From positions 1-36,067 of the IMG/VR virus record IMGVR_UViG_3300025358_000001: a DNA stretch of 36,067 nucleotides; one strand, written 5' to 3'. A program made the position numbers and the translations under genes. Origin of the DNA: a virus. Its lineage: Duplodnaviria; Caudoviricetes. The notes under the pieces are model-generated. The model worked only from the letters and a program-made list of their open reading frames with translations, ran no database searches and was not told where the DNA came from. Each line of letters begins with the position of its first letter. Within the stretch, counting starts at the first letter, position 1. Of this stretch, positions 9,609 to 16,861 are shown piece by piece.

Positions 9609-10465
9609 GCGTCAATCTTTCCCCAATATTTAACGCAGTTGCACAAACAACTACAACAGGCTTACCTCTCAATGGTGGCCTTATTTACACATACCAAGCA
9701 GGTTCAACAACACCTTTGGCAACCTATTCTGATAGTGCTGGAACGATTGCAAACACTAACCCATTGACTTTAGGCACAGATGGAAGACCACAAGTTGAAA
9801 TCTGGCTTCAAGCAGCATACAACTACAAGTTTGTGCTGACTGATTCATCAGGTAATCAAATTGGTACTTATGACAACATTTCAGGTTTGTCTAGTTACTA
9901 TGGGCCAAGCACAGCAGTTACTTCTGTAACAGGCACTACACCCATTTCTGTGACCACAGGAACAACTCCTAACGTCAGTTTGTCAGGTGTTATTGGCAGG
10001 ACAAGTGGTGGTACTGGTGTTGCAAGCCCTCCTGTGTTCTTTGCCCATCAATCTGTTGCCCAAACGTTTGCAACTGCTACATTAACTGTGGTGACGTATA
10101 ACGTGGTTGACTTTGATACAAACAGTTATTTTGTTAGCTCAAATAACTCATTCACACCTTTGATTGCAGGGTACTACCAAGTTAACGTTTCATGTACTTT
10201 TGCATCCACAACGACAGGTTACCAATGTGGAGTTGGTGTGTCTGTGAGTGGTACTGTTAAAGACTATAACGTTGCAGCTAGTTCTGTTGTTGGAACTGGT
10301 GGAACAGATGGAACTACACCTGTTTGCTCGACCATTGTTTATTGCAATGGCACGACTGATTACATCCAAGGTGTAGCAGCTCAGTCTTCTGGTGGAAGTA
10401 TTTCAAGTGTTACTGGTTTGAGTAATGCTACAACGTTCTCAGTAGCATTTTTAAGAGGTGCGTAA
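9605..10465 (+). CDS. Tailspike-like protein: P22-type head-binding domain plus C1q/TNF-like C-terminal domain
   Basis: GLPLNGGLIYTYQAGSTTPLATYSD..NPLTL..GR N-terminus; FFAHQS..FDTNSYF..FTPLIAGYYQVNVS C1q-like pattern. Confidence 0.7.
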   Translation: MSVNLSPIFNAVAQTTTTGLPLNGGLIYTYQAGSTTPLATYSDSAGTIANTNPLTLGTDGRPQVEIWLQAAYNYKFVLTDSSGNQIGTYDNISGLSSYYGPSTAVTSVTGTTPISVTTGTTPNVSLSGVIGRTSGGTGVASPPVFFAHQSVAQTFATATLTVVTYNVVDFDTNSYFVSSNNSFTPLIAGYYQVNVSCTFASTTTGYQCGVGVSVSGTVKDYNVAASSVVGTGGTDGTTPVCSTIVYCNGTTDYIQGVAAQSSGGSISSVTGLSNATTFSVAFLRGA

Positions 10466-10659
10466 TGCAAGATACTGAAACCAAGTTAGCAGTTCATGTA
10501 GCTGTTTGCGACCAAAGATATGAGCAAATTGCACAGTCTTTGAGGGAAGGCGAAAGAAGAATGACCAAGATTGAGTATTTGATCTATGGTGTGATGTTGC
10601 TTGTTTTGTTTGGGCCTAATGTAGCTGGCACTTTCTTTAAACATTTTTTTGGGGTGTAA
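10465..10659 (+). CDS. Small membrane protein (XhlA/holin-like)
   Basis: HVAVCDQRYEQI coiled coil followed by one hydrophobic helix; start of the lysis region. Confidence 0.6.
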   Translation: MQDTETKLAVHVAVCDQRYEQIAQSLREGERRMTKIEYLIYGVMLLVLFGPNVAGTFFKHFFGV

Positions 10660-10662
10660 GAA

Positions 10663-11379
10663 ATTGATCCATTTACCCTTGTTGCCCTTGCCTCTGGTGC
10701 TTTCAAACTCTGCAAAGATGCTTGTGAAATGTACAAAGAAGGTAGGCAAATTGTTACTGACATTGCCCATGAAATTGATGGAGTTGTCAAAGACGTTAAG
10801 ACAGTACAAAAGAAAGCAAAAGGCCTTTTTGGGTTCTTGAGTGCTGTATTTGGTAAAAAAGAGGAAGTGCAACTAGAAGTTGCACAACCTGCAAAAAAAG
10901 TAAAAAAGAAGAAAGAGCCTCCTCCAGAATTTGATGAGAACCTCATTTACCAACAAGTTAGTGATGCTCTCATCAAGTTTTTTCAAGCCTACAACGCTTT
11001 AAAGAATTATGTAAAAGAACAAGAAGAATTTGCTCTCCATGCAAACAATGATGAAGGCCAAGAAGCTGCAATCAAGATAACGATTGCTAACCTTCAGATG
11101 GAAAAGTTAAACACAGAGTTAAGTGATTACATGGTGTATCACGTTCCAAATGAATTGAAGGACTTGTACACTAGGGTTAATCAGCAAATTGGGCATATTG
11201 CGAACGTGCAAGCTCTAGCTAGACGAGAGGAGATGCTAAAGGAGCGTAGAGCAAAATGGAAACGTCAACAAAAGGCAGACCTAATCAAGGGAAGAATGGT
11301 GGCTTTAGCAATTACAGCTCTGATAATGATGTACGCTTGGATAATGATTCTCAGTCTGACTCACTCGCAATCCTACTGA
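10663..11379 (+). CDS. Coiled-coil protein with C-terminal TM helix; probable ATT start
   Basis: Frame is open from 10660 (EIDPFTLVALASGAFKLCKDACEMYKE..); GGGGTG SD-like sequence 6 nt before ATT 10663; first ATG is at 10729. Confidence 0.6.
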   Translation: MDPFTLVALASGAFKLCKDACEMYKEGRQIVTDIAHEIDGVVKDVKTVQKKAKGLFGFLSAVFGKKEEVQLEVAQPAKKVKKKKEPPPEFDENLIYQQVSDALIKFFQAYNALKNYVKEQEEFALHANNDEGQEAAIKITIANLQMEKLNTELSDYMVYHVPNELKDLYTRVNQQIGHIANVQALARREEMLKERRAKWKRQQKADLIKGRMVALAITALIMMYAWIMILSLTHSQSY

Positions 11380-11498
11380 TAATTGTTCTTTTGATAGTTG
11401 TTTTGTTGTTTTTACCACTTTTGGCATGGATGTACACAGACATTAGACGTTTAGAGATTAGAGTTGATAAAGCTCTGCAAAGGATTGATGGAAAATGA
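11256..11498 (+). CDS. Small single-TM membrane protein
   Basis: LAILLIIVLLIVVLLFLPLLAWMY helix; GGAG upstream; stop overlaps next start (ATGA). Confidence 0.6.
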   Translation: METSTKGRPNQGKNGGFSNYSSDNDVRLDNDSQSDSLAILLIIVLLIVVLLFLPLLAWMYTDIRRLEIRVDKALQRIDGK

Positions 11499-11755
11499 TT
11501 AAAAAATGCAGTTTTTTATACACATCATTGTTGGTATGTATACTTTTTCCATTTTTTTGTACAGGTTGCCATGACCAGTATCGCTATTTTTGCCAAGACC
11601 CTGACAACTTTAAGTCTGAACGTTGCCAAAAGCCTTTGTGTGAATTTAACCAAGATTGTCCTGAATATCTTGTAGCCCCTATTTTGGAGAAGAAAATTGA
11701 AGGAACTATTGCTGCTCCTGCTCAACAGCCCCAAGGAACGACTGTCTGCAGATGA
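11495..11755 (+). CDS. Cys-rich lipoprotein (possible outer-membrane spanin component)
   Basis: Basic + hydrophobic signal and FCTGC lipobox-like site; YRYFCQDP..C..PLC..CPE. Confidence 0.6.
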   Translation: MIKKCSFLYTSLLVCILFPFFCTGCHDQYRYFCQDPDNFKSERCQKPLCEFNQDCPEYLVAPILEKKIEGTIAAPAQQPQGTTVCR

Positions 11756-12149
11756 AATAGAAATCAGGGTTAGGTCGTTTGTCATCATTGTGGTGACCCT
11801 GATATTGGCTTTCATTGTGATGGCCTTGCTCTATTCTGTGACGTTTGTAAGCCAGCCTATCAAGGCTATGGCTCCCATCGACCAAGCCTACACCAAGATG
11901 CTGAACGACATTGTTCTGCTTATCGTAGGTGGCATAGGAGGCATTTTGACCAAGGGATTGACCAATGAGGCTACTAACATGATGAATGCTGCCAAGGCTA
12001 ACAAAGATGCCTATGTAGCACCTCCCCCTCCTCCTGTGGTCATGATGAGCACACCTAATTGGACACCTCCTCCAGCTCCTGTAAGCCCTCCAACGCTTGA
12101 GCCTGACCATGAGCGTGAAAGAATGGCACAAGCAAGGGCAGGACTATGA
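11697..12149 (+). CDS. Two-TM membrane protein with Pro-rich tail (holin candidate)
   Basis: Two hydrophobic helices; TTG start with GGAG upstream; position in the lysis cassette. Confidence 0.6.
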   Translation: MKELLLLLLNSPKERLSADEIEIRVRSFVIIVVTLILAFIVMALLYSVTFVSQPIKAMAPIDQAYTKMLNDIVLLIVGGIGGILTKGLTNEATNMMNAAKANKDAYVAPPPPPVVMMSTPNWTPPPAPVSPPTLEPDHERERMAQARAGL

Positions 12150-12715
12150 TTGCTTGGCTATTTGGTGATTTGTTTTACTGGATAGCTTTGATTGCACTTG
12201 CTGGTGGTGCAATACTGTATGTTTTAAGCTACTTTGTAGGGTTTATCCCTATGCTTAAAGCTCATGCCATGATCTGCAAGGTCGTGGGTTTATTGTTGGT
12301 TTTATCAGGAGGTTTCTATGTCGCAGACAATCATGGCTATCAAAGAAGGGTTGCTGAAGATAAAGCAGAAATTGACAGACTTAATGCAGAAGCTAGGGCA
12401 AAAGAAGCAGAACTCAGCATCAAGCTCGCAAGAGCCTCCAGCCAATTAAAAAAGGCTAAAGATGACATTAAGACCAAGCAAGCTAGTATTGATTCTAGGA
12501 TTGATTCAGGTGAGTTGCAGCTCCCCAATACCTGTGGTGTACAAGCCAGTTCAGATGCCCCCAATGGAAATACAACCAATGGAAGCGAATCTACAAGACA
12601 GGCTCTTAAAGATATTGTCCAAATCGCAACAGAAGGAGACACAGCCATCACAAGCCTCAACTCCTGCATTGGCCAGTACAACCAAGTAAGGGAAATGGTA
12701 AATGTTAAGCCCTGA
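12146..12715 (+). CDS. Rz-like inner-membrane spanin candidate
   Basis: N-terminal TM helices, long coiled coil, GELQL and GD.AI..LNSCI..Y motifs; adjacent to the endolysin. Confidence 0.65.
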   Translation: MIAWLFGDLFYWIALIALAGGAILYVLSYFVGFIPMLKAHAMICKVVGLLLVLSGGFYVADNHGYQRRVAEDKAEIDRLNAEARAKEAELSIKLARASSQLKKAKDDIKTKQASIDSRIDSGELQLPNTCGVQASSDAPNGNTTNGSESTRQALKDIVQIATEGDTAITSLNSCIGQYNQVREMVNVKP

Positions 12716-13298
12716 GAAGCTCCATGCCCTTGGTATAGGGTCAGAATGGTCAGAGCCTTTGACCACAACATTTACTACTTTTAGCATCAATGATGTTAAC
12801 AAGCAAGCTGCGTTTATTGGACAATGTTCACACGAGTGCAAACATTTCAAAACATTGGAAGAAGACCTTAACTATCGACCAGAAACCCTTCAAAGATTGT
12901 TTGGTCACAAGTTTAAACCAGAAGAATTTGCCCTTTACGCCCACAACCCTCAGAAAATCGCCAACAGAATTTACTCTAACAAAATGGGAAACAGAGATGA
13001 AGCAAGTGGAGATGGTTATCGTTTTAGAGGGAGAGGTTGTATCCAATTGACTGGACACGATAATTACTGGCATTTTGGGCAGTCTATTAAACAAGACATG
13101 GTTGCTCACCCAGAGTTAGTAGCCACACCCATGTACGCTGCACTTTCAGCAGGATGGTTTTGGCAGACACATGGTTGCAATGACCTTGCAGAAGCCCAAA
13201 ACTGGGTAGGATTGACCAAGCGTATCAATGGTGGAACAATTGGTCTAGATGAGAGAATTTCTTTAACCAAACGTGCGTTAGACGTACTAGGAGCATAA
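12702..13298 (+). CDS. Endolysin, glycoside hydrolase family 19
   Basis: AAFIGQCSHE, EEDLNY, GDGYRFRGRGCIQLTGHDNY, SAGWFW, TKRINGG..GLDER. Confidence 0.93.
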   Translation: MLSPEKLHALGIGSEWSEPLTTTFTTFSINDVNKQAAFIGQCSHECKHFKTLEEDLNYRPETLQRLFGHKFKPEEFALYAHNPQKIANRIYSNKMGNRDEASGDGYRFRGRGCIQLTGHDNYWHFGQSIKQDMVAHPELVATPMYAALSAGWFWQTHGCNDLAEAQNWVGLTKRINGGTIGLDERISLTKRALDVLGA

Positions 13299-13299
13299 A

Positions 13300-13524
13300 T
13301 TGGCAACAAACTTTAAATTCACTAAAGGCCACTCAAAACAAGAGATGGACAAGCATTTTGTCGTTAAAAAAGAATGGCAAAAGGAGCGTGAGCACGTTAT
13401 GGCTATTGAAAAAGAGCTAAAAAAGCATGAGAAAACAGACATGAGCCATGCTCACCCAAGCCATAGCCACAATGCTGGTATGAGTCAGCCTTCAGCAGGA
13501 ATCCCATCCCTTCGTAAAGGCTAA
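13300..13524 (+). CDS. Hypothetical His/Lys-rich protein
   Basis: AGGAG RBS and TTG start directly after the endolysin; last gene before the convergent operon. Confidence 0.55.
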   Translation: MATNFKFTKGHSKQEMDKHFVVKKEWQKEREHVMAIEKELKKHEKTDMSHAHPSHSHNAGMSQPSAGIPSLRKG

Positions 13525-13845
13525 GTAAATATCAGTCAATGGCACGTTAGAAGGCCATTGATCTGTATGGCAAAGGTGGTGCAAGGTCTTAATATGTGCT
13601 TGCTCCCACTCTTTTCTGCGTTCTTCTTTGCTTAACAACATACCTTGGTCTATTCTGTAATGGCACATTTGGCATAGTGCAGCGATATAGTTATCACTAG
13701 CTTTAATGCCCCTACCTTTGCCTCCATGCCAGTTACTGTGTGCTGCTTGGGCTAGATGGAAACCACACAGCTGACAGTTTAGGGTAGATACTAAGCGGAG
13801 TAGGTTCTTGTTCCGCACATATTGATTCTTCGGAAATGCCCTCAA
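13492..13845 (-). CDS. DUF968/DUF1364-like Zn-binding nuclease-fold phage protein
   Basis: CQLCG..QAAHSN..GKGRGIKASD..AALCQMCH..ID pattern; probable TTG start at 13845. Confidence 0.7.
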   Translation of the reverse strand: MRAFPKNQYVRNKNLLRLVSTLNCQLCGFHLAQAAHSNWHGGKGRGIKASDNYIAALCQMCHYRIDQGMLLSKEERRKEWEQAHIKTLHHLCHTDQWPSNVPLTDIYLAFTKGWDSC

Positions 13846-13957
13846 GGGTGGTGAATCTGTGTCGGTTTTGGCATTCATATCTTCTTCTTCTTGTATTGTT
13901 GTCATTAACTCTTGACTCAATTGTTCTTGTTTTGGCATCGCAAACTGGGCATTTCAT
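13733..13957 (-). CDS. Stand-alone NrdR-N-terminus-like zinc-ribbon protein
   Basis: MKCPVC..TRTIESR..RRRRYECQNRHRFTTLE; no ATP-cone domain. Confidence 0.7.
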   Translation of the reverse strand: MKCPVCDAKTRTIESRVNDNNTRRRRYECQNRHRFTTLEGISEESICAEQEPTPLSIYPKLSAVWFPSSPSSTQ

Positions 13958-14283
13958 TCATGACTCCTGATGGCTAGACGTTCTGAGGCTTCTCTTGTGC
14001 GCCAAATCTGAATGGATAGGTCAGCAGATTGGAGTTGTAGTTTAAGCGTTTCTTCGACTTCTACGGCCTTTGCTAACGCATAAATCAGCTTTCCATAGGC
14101 CTCACTACTCAATGCCTCACGTTCTTGCGCTACAGCCTGTTTAAAGCCGTTTTGGAGGGCTTCTGTCATCAAGAATGCTTTGGTGGCCTTTAATTCCAAC
14201 TCAACCTTAACCCTAGCAGCTTTGGCTTGGGCATAAAGAGAGGCATTATTGTAGATAAATTCAGCGTTTTGTTCAGGAGTCAT
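13954..14283 (-). CDS. Hypothetical helical phage protein
   Basis: YAQAKA..AQEREA..IQIWRT.EA helical ORF, coupled to neighbours. Confidence 0.65.
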   Translation of the reverse strand: MTPEQNAEFIYNNASLYAQAKAARVKVELELKATKAFLMTEALQNGFKQAVAQEREALSSEAYGKLIYALAKAVEVEETLKLQLQSADLSIQIWRTREASERLAIRSHE

Positions 14284-14389
14284 GGTTCACCATTAAGTAA
14301 GCTAACCAAATACAAATCATTACCAAGCCAGCACTCATGCAAGCACAAATCAAAGAAATAAGGGTAATCACAAAGGTTAACAGGGTCAT
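14273..14389 (-). CDS. 38-aa hydrophobic peptide (below ORF-track cutoff)
   Basis: MTLLTFVITLISLICACMSAGLVMICIWLAYLMVNHDS; ATGA overlap with upstream gene; fills the gap. Confidence 0.5.
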   Translation of the reverse strand: MTLLTFVITLISLICACMSAGLVMICIWLAYLMVNHDS

Positions 14390-14598
14390 TCTTGTCCCCT
14401 TGCTCGGATTAGTTCTGCTATTGCTTTAGGACTGCCTTGCCACGGTTCTTCTGCAATCTTTGCACATTCCTCACGTTCTTTTTCTGCTACCAGTTTGGCA
14501 AACTGTTCTAGTTTATCTAGCCACATTAACTCACCTCCAACATAGTCGTAAGGTAAATTTGCTTGATTAGCCATCTGTATGATTTCTTCTTTAGTCAT
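14386..14598 (-). CDS. Hypothetical phage protein
   Basis: MTKEEIIQMA..LEQFAKLVAEKEREECAK..IRARG, a pattern common in small phage ORFs. Confidence 0.7.
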   Translation of the reverse strand: MTKEEIIQMANQANLPYDYVGGELMWLDKLEQFAKLVAEKEREECAKIAEEPWQGSPKAIAELIRARGQE

Positions 14599-15014
14599 TC
14601 TGCCTCCCTAATCATTATTTCTACATAAGGTTCACCATAAACCTTGGTTGCGTGTAAATCTACAATTTGCGTGTCATCATCGTAAACAATTCCATTCATG
14701 GCATCTAAATAGGCTTTGATGATGTTGTCAATGTCTGGCTTCTTAGAAGGCCTTTCAGAGCCAATTAAACAGGCCTCCCTGCGTTTTTTTGAGTACGACT
14801 TAGGCACAGGCATGGAAATGTAAATAAACGCTTCTAAATCGGTTTTAAAAGGTTCTGATGCACCCATCGCACGTTTAGCCTTGTCAACAATGAAATCTTC
14901 ATATTCAAGCGTTGACTTAGGTGTGTAGGTAGAAACAAAATTTCCTCGTCTGGCAAACCTTGGCCTGCCTTTACCTTTGGGTAGCCCTTCAACTTTAAAC
15001 ATGACGATCAGCAT
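14595..15014 (-). CDS. rusA: RusA family Holliday junction resolvase
   Basis: PKGKGRPRF..YTP..KKPDIDNIIKAYLDAMNG..DDTQI catalytic motifs. Confidence 0.92.
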   Translation of the reverse strand: MLIVMFKVEGLPKGKGRPRFARRGNFVSTYTPKSTLEYEDFIVDKAKRAMGASEPFKTDLEAFIYISMPVPKSYSKKRREACLIGSERPSKKPDIDNIIKAYLDAMNGIVYDDDTQIVDLHATKVYGEPYVEIMIREAE

Positions 15015-15165
15015 TGAGTTCCTTAATTCTTTGGGCAATGAGTTTGCCTATTCCATGAAAAGCAGGTTCTTGTTCCAATAGCTTAACTTGTTGACGAACA
15101 TAGTCAAGCCATGCAGGTTTGATGGCTAATTTGGCATAGTGCTCAACAATGAGTTCAATTTTCAT
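14995..15165 (-). CDS. 56-aa hypothetical protein (below ORF-track cutoff)
   Basis: MKIELIVEHYAKLAIKPAWLDYVRQQVKLLEQEPAFHGIGKLIAQRIKELNADRHV; fills the gap between glycosyltransferase and rusA. Confidence 0.55.
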   Translation of the reverse strand: MKIELIVEHYAKLAIKPAWLDYVRQQVKLLEQEPAFHGIGKLIAQRIKELNADRHV

Positions 15166-16024
15166 TTTGGTCTACTAGCTTCATGCCATAATTGTTAATC
15201 CCTTGTGGAATAGGTATGTCTTTTTTTATCAAAGCGTTACGTTTAAATTTTCTGTAGTCAACATGGTGATGCCATCTGTTGAACTTCCAAGTTACTTTTG
15301 CACAGTCAGGATGCAAGTCAGCAAGCATTTTGGACTTAGGCAAAGTACCTTCTTTGGCATAAAACTCCTCTGTATTGCCTCCCTTTAGGGTTTGTGTCTG
15401 GGCTTTTTCTTGGATAAAAGCATTGAACTGGATGGTGCAATGACCATCTTTTAAGACCCTGAGAGACAAATCTGTGTCCTCGTTATACCTACCTCTCCAT
15501 CTGTATGGAATATTGTTCTGAATGAGCAAACAAGAGTAAATGCGAGTATTTCTGATAAAGGGTGGATGAACTTCTTTGGATTGGACAAAAAAGTCATAAT
15601 TAAAGCCAGAAATGTAAACATTCTCGTATCTGTCTACAAAATCTTCTGCAGCTTTAAAAATTGTGCCAGAGCTGACTTTGACCATGAGGTTTCTGTTAAG
15701 CCTTTGAAAAGAGGCAATGTTGTCATCCATGACCCAATGGCGAGCAGCTCCTAGACTGATGCTGTGTTCCCAAGCAAAGTTGCGTGCAGGACCGGGTCCT
15801 CTCGACTTATTGCTTGCTAGCTCATCACAAGTCTCATAAACATCTTGATAGCTTGTAGGCAAAATCAATATCTTGTGTGCAGCAATTACGCTTGCATAGT
15901 CCTGATATTCCTGATTTTCCACAATGATGTAGTAAGGCACTTGCATGGCTTCTAAAGCCTTTGCTGTTAACCTTGTATCAGCTCTACCTTTGGAAACAAT
16001 GTAGATAGGGTATTTAGGATTCAT
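15155..16024 (-). CDS. GT-A fold glycosyltransferase, GREB1/TET-associated (TAGT)-like
   Basis: YPIYIVSKGRA, GPGPARN, HWVMDDNI metal-binding motif, RIYSCLLI, WRGRYNEDTDLSLR, GGNT. Confidence 0.8.
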   Translation of the reverse strand: MNPKYPIYIVSKGRADTRLTAKALEAMQVPYYIIVENQEYQDYASVIAAHKILILPTSYQDVYETCDELASNKSRGPGPARNFAWEHSISLGAARHWVMDDNIASFQRLNRNLMVKVSSGTIFKAAEDFVDRYENVYISGFNYDFFVQSKEVHPPFIRNTRIYSCLLIQNNIPYRWRGRYNEDTDLSLRVLKDGHCTIQFNAFIQEKAQTQTLKGGNTEEFYAKEGTLPKSKMLADLHPDCAKVTWKFNRWHHHVDYRKFKRNALIKKDIPIPQGINNYGMKLVDQNEN

Positions 16025-16289
16025 CTACATACCTCAGATGTGCCCTTAACCTTGGTTCAGCATAAGGAAACCAGATAGTCTTTTGTTTTTCAGTAATCCT
16101 TTGACCCATCAGTTCTTCAAACTTAGCAACATCTTTTGCATTTCTGAATCTGACATTGATAACTCTAAAAGGACTTAAATCATCTTGAACAAACTCAGGC
16201 ATACCAACCCACTCTTTAGTTGCTGAGTCCATCTCGTCAAAAAGAACACCTTGCTCTGCATTCTCTAACATTTCATTCCTTTCAGCCAT
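16014..16289 (-). CDS. Small acidic partner of the glycosyltransferase
   Basis: EWVGMPEFVQ..INVRF..F..LMGQ.IT....IWFP; overlaps the GT start by 11 nt. Confidence 0.65.
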   Translation of the reverse strand: MAERNEMLENAEQGVLFDEMDSATKEWVGMPEFVQDDLSPFRVINVRFRNAKDVAKFEELMGQRITEKQKTIWFPYAEPRLRAHLRYVDES

Positions 16290-16526
16290 AGTTACCCCAA
16301 GGGTGAGTAGCACTCACACCAAGCCCATGCTTTAGCACTAGCTTCCCCATAGGGGTGCGATTTAATCGAATAGTGTCTTGTCTCACCTTGTCCACTATTC
16401 TTCTGTGATACCTCGCACACAGTTCACTAGGGTTATCTTTGGGGTGATTGCAAAGCCCTATGTTTTCTTCCAAGCCATCCATTTAAATGCTCTGCTATCG
16501 TGTGGAGTACGATCTGCAAAAGCAAA

Positions 16527-16677
16527 AACCCCATAATTCACTCTGTGGTCTTGGCTCTTGGCGAGAGCAACAGCAAGGCGATTGAAGTTGTCAAAAGACT
16601 CGCTTGCTATCGAACAAGACCACACAGAAAACTATGGGGTTCTACAACAACTTCATTCACCTAGATGCCACTCTAGA
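16527..16677 (-). ncRNA. C4 antisense RNA-like cloverleaf with upstream complementary (a1/b1-like) sites
   Basis: Nested stems 16527-35/16633-41, 16542-53/16615-28, 16554-58/16564-68 (minus-strand loop CGCCA), 16572-81/16600-08; 9-nt complement 16583-91/16647-55; hairpin 16661-76 (minus-strand loop GUGGCA). Confidence 0.65.
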
Positions 16678-16684
16678 TAAAACA

Positions 16685-16690
16685 ATTATA
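16685..16690 (-). promoter_or_regulatory. -10 box for the structured RNA
   Basis: Perfect TATAAT on the minus strand ~7 nt before the first hairpin; no clear -35. Confidence 0.45.
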
Positions 16691-16696
16691 CACAGA

Positions 16697-16861
16697 TTAT
16701 CTAAAAAGAAACCATTCAGGATGTAAAGATTGCATTTGCCATATTCTTGCTTGTGGTGGAATTTCACCCCATTGAGAAATAGCAGCTTTAGAAATACCCA
16801 ATATCTTGGCTAGTTCTGTAACTGATCCTGCAAACTGTATAGCTTCTTTTTTGGTAATCAT
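16697..16861 (-). CDS. cro: Cro-like HTH regulator (54 aa, below ORF-track cutoff)
   Basis: MITKKEAIQFAGSVTELAKILGISKAAISQWGEIPPQARIWQM..; TATAAT at 16874-16869 suggests a leaderless transcript. Confidence 0.85.
   Translation of the reverse strand: MITKKEAIQFAGSVTELAKILGISKAAISQWGEIPPQARIWQMQSLHPEWFLFR

Noticed and set aside
10657-10659. Stop-codon reassignment
   Set aside because: TAA, TAG and TGA all end well-defined genes and long genes are uninterrupted; this single case is better explained by an ATT start
13846-13938. Long N-terminal extension of the DUF968-like ORF
   Set aside because: It lies wholly within the Zn-ribbon gene; family-like sequence begins at about 13845
16282-16482. 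66-aa minus-strand ORF as a protein gene
   Set aside because: No recognisable motif or clear RBS, and the region is dense in hairpins; not listed as CDS but cannot be excluded
16527-16641. tRNA gene
   Set aside because: The cloverleaf lacks T-loop (GTTCRA) and D-loop consensus and a tRNA-sized acceptor arrangement; no tRNA seen elsewhere
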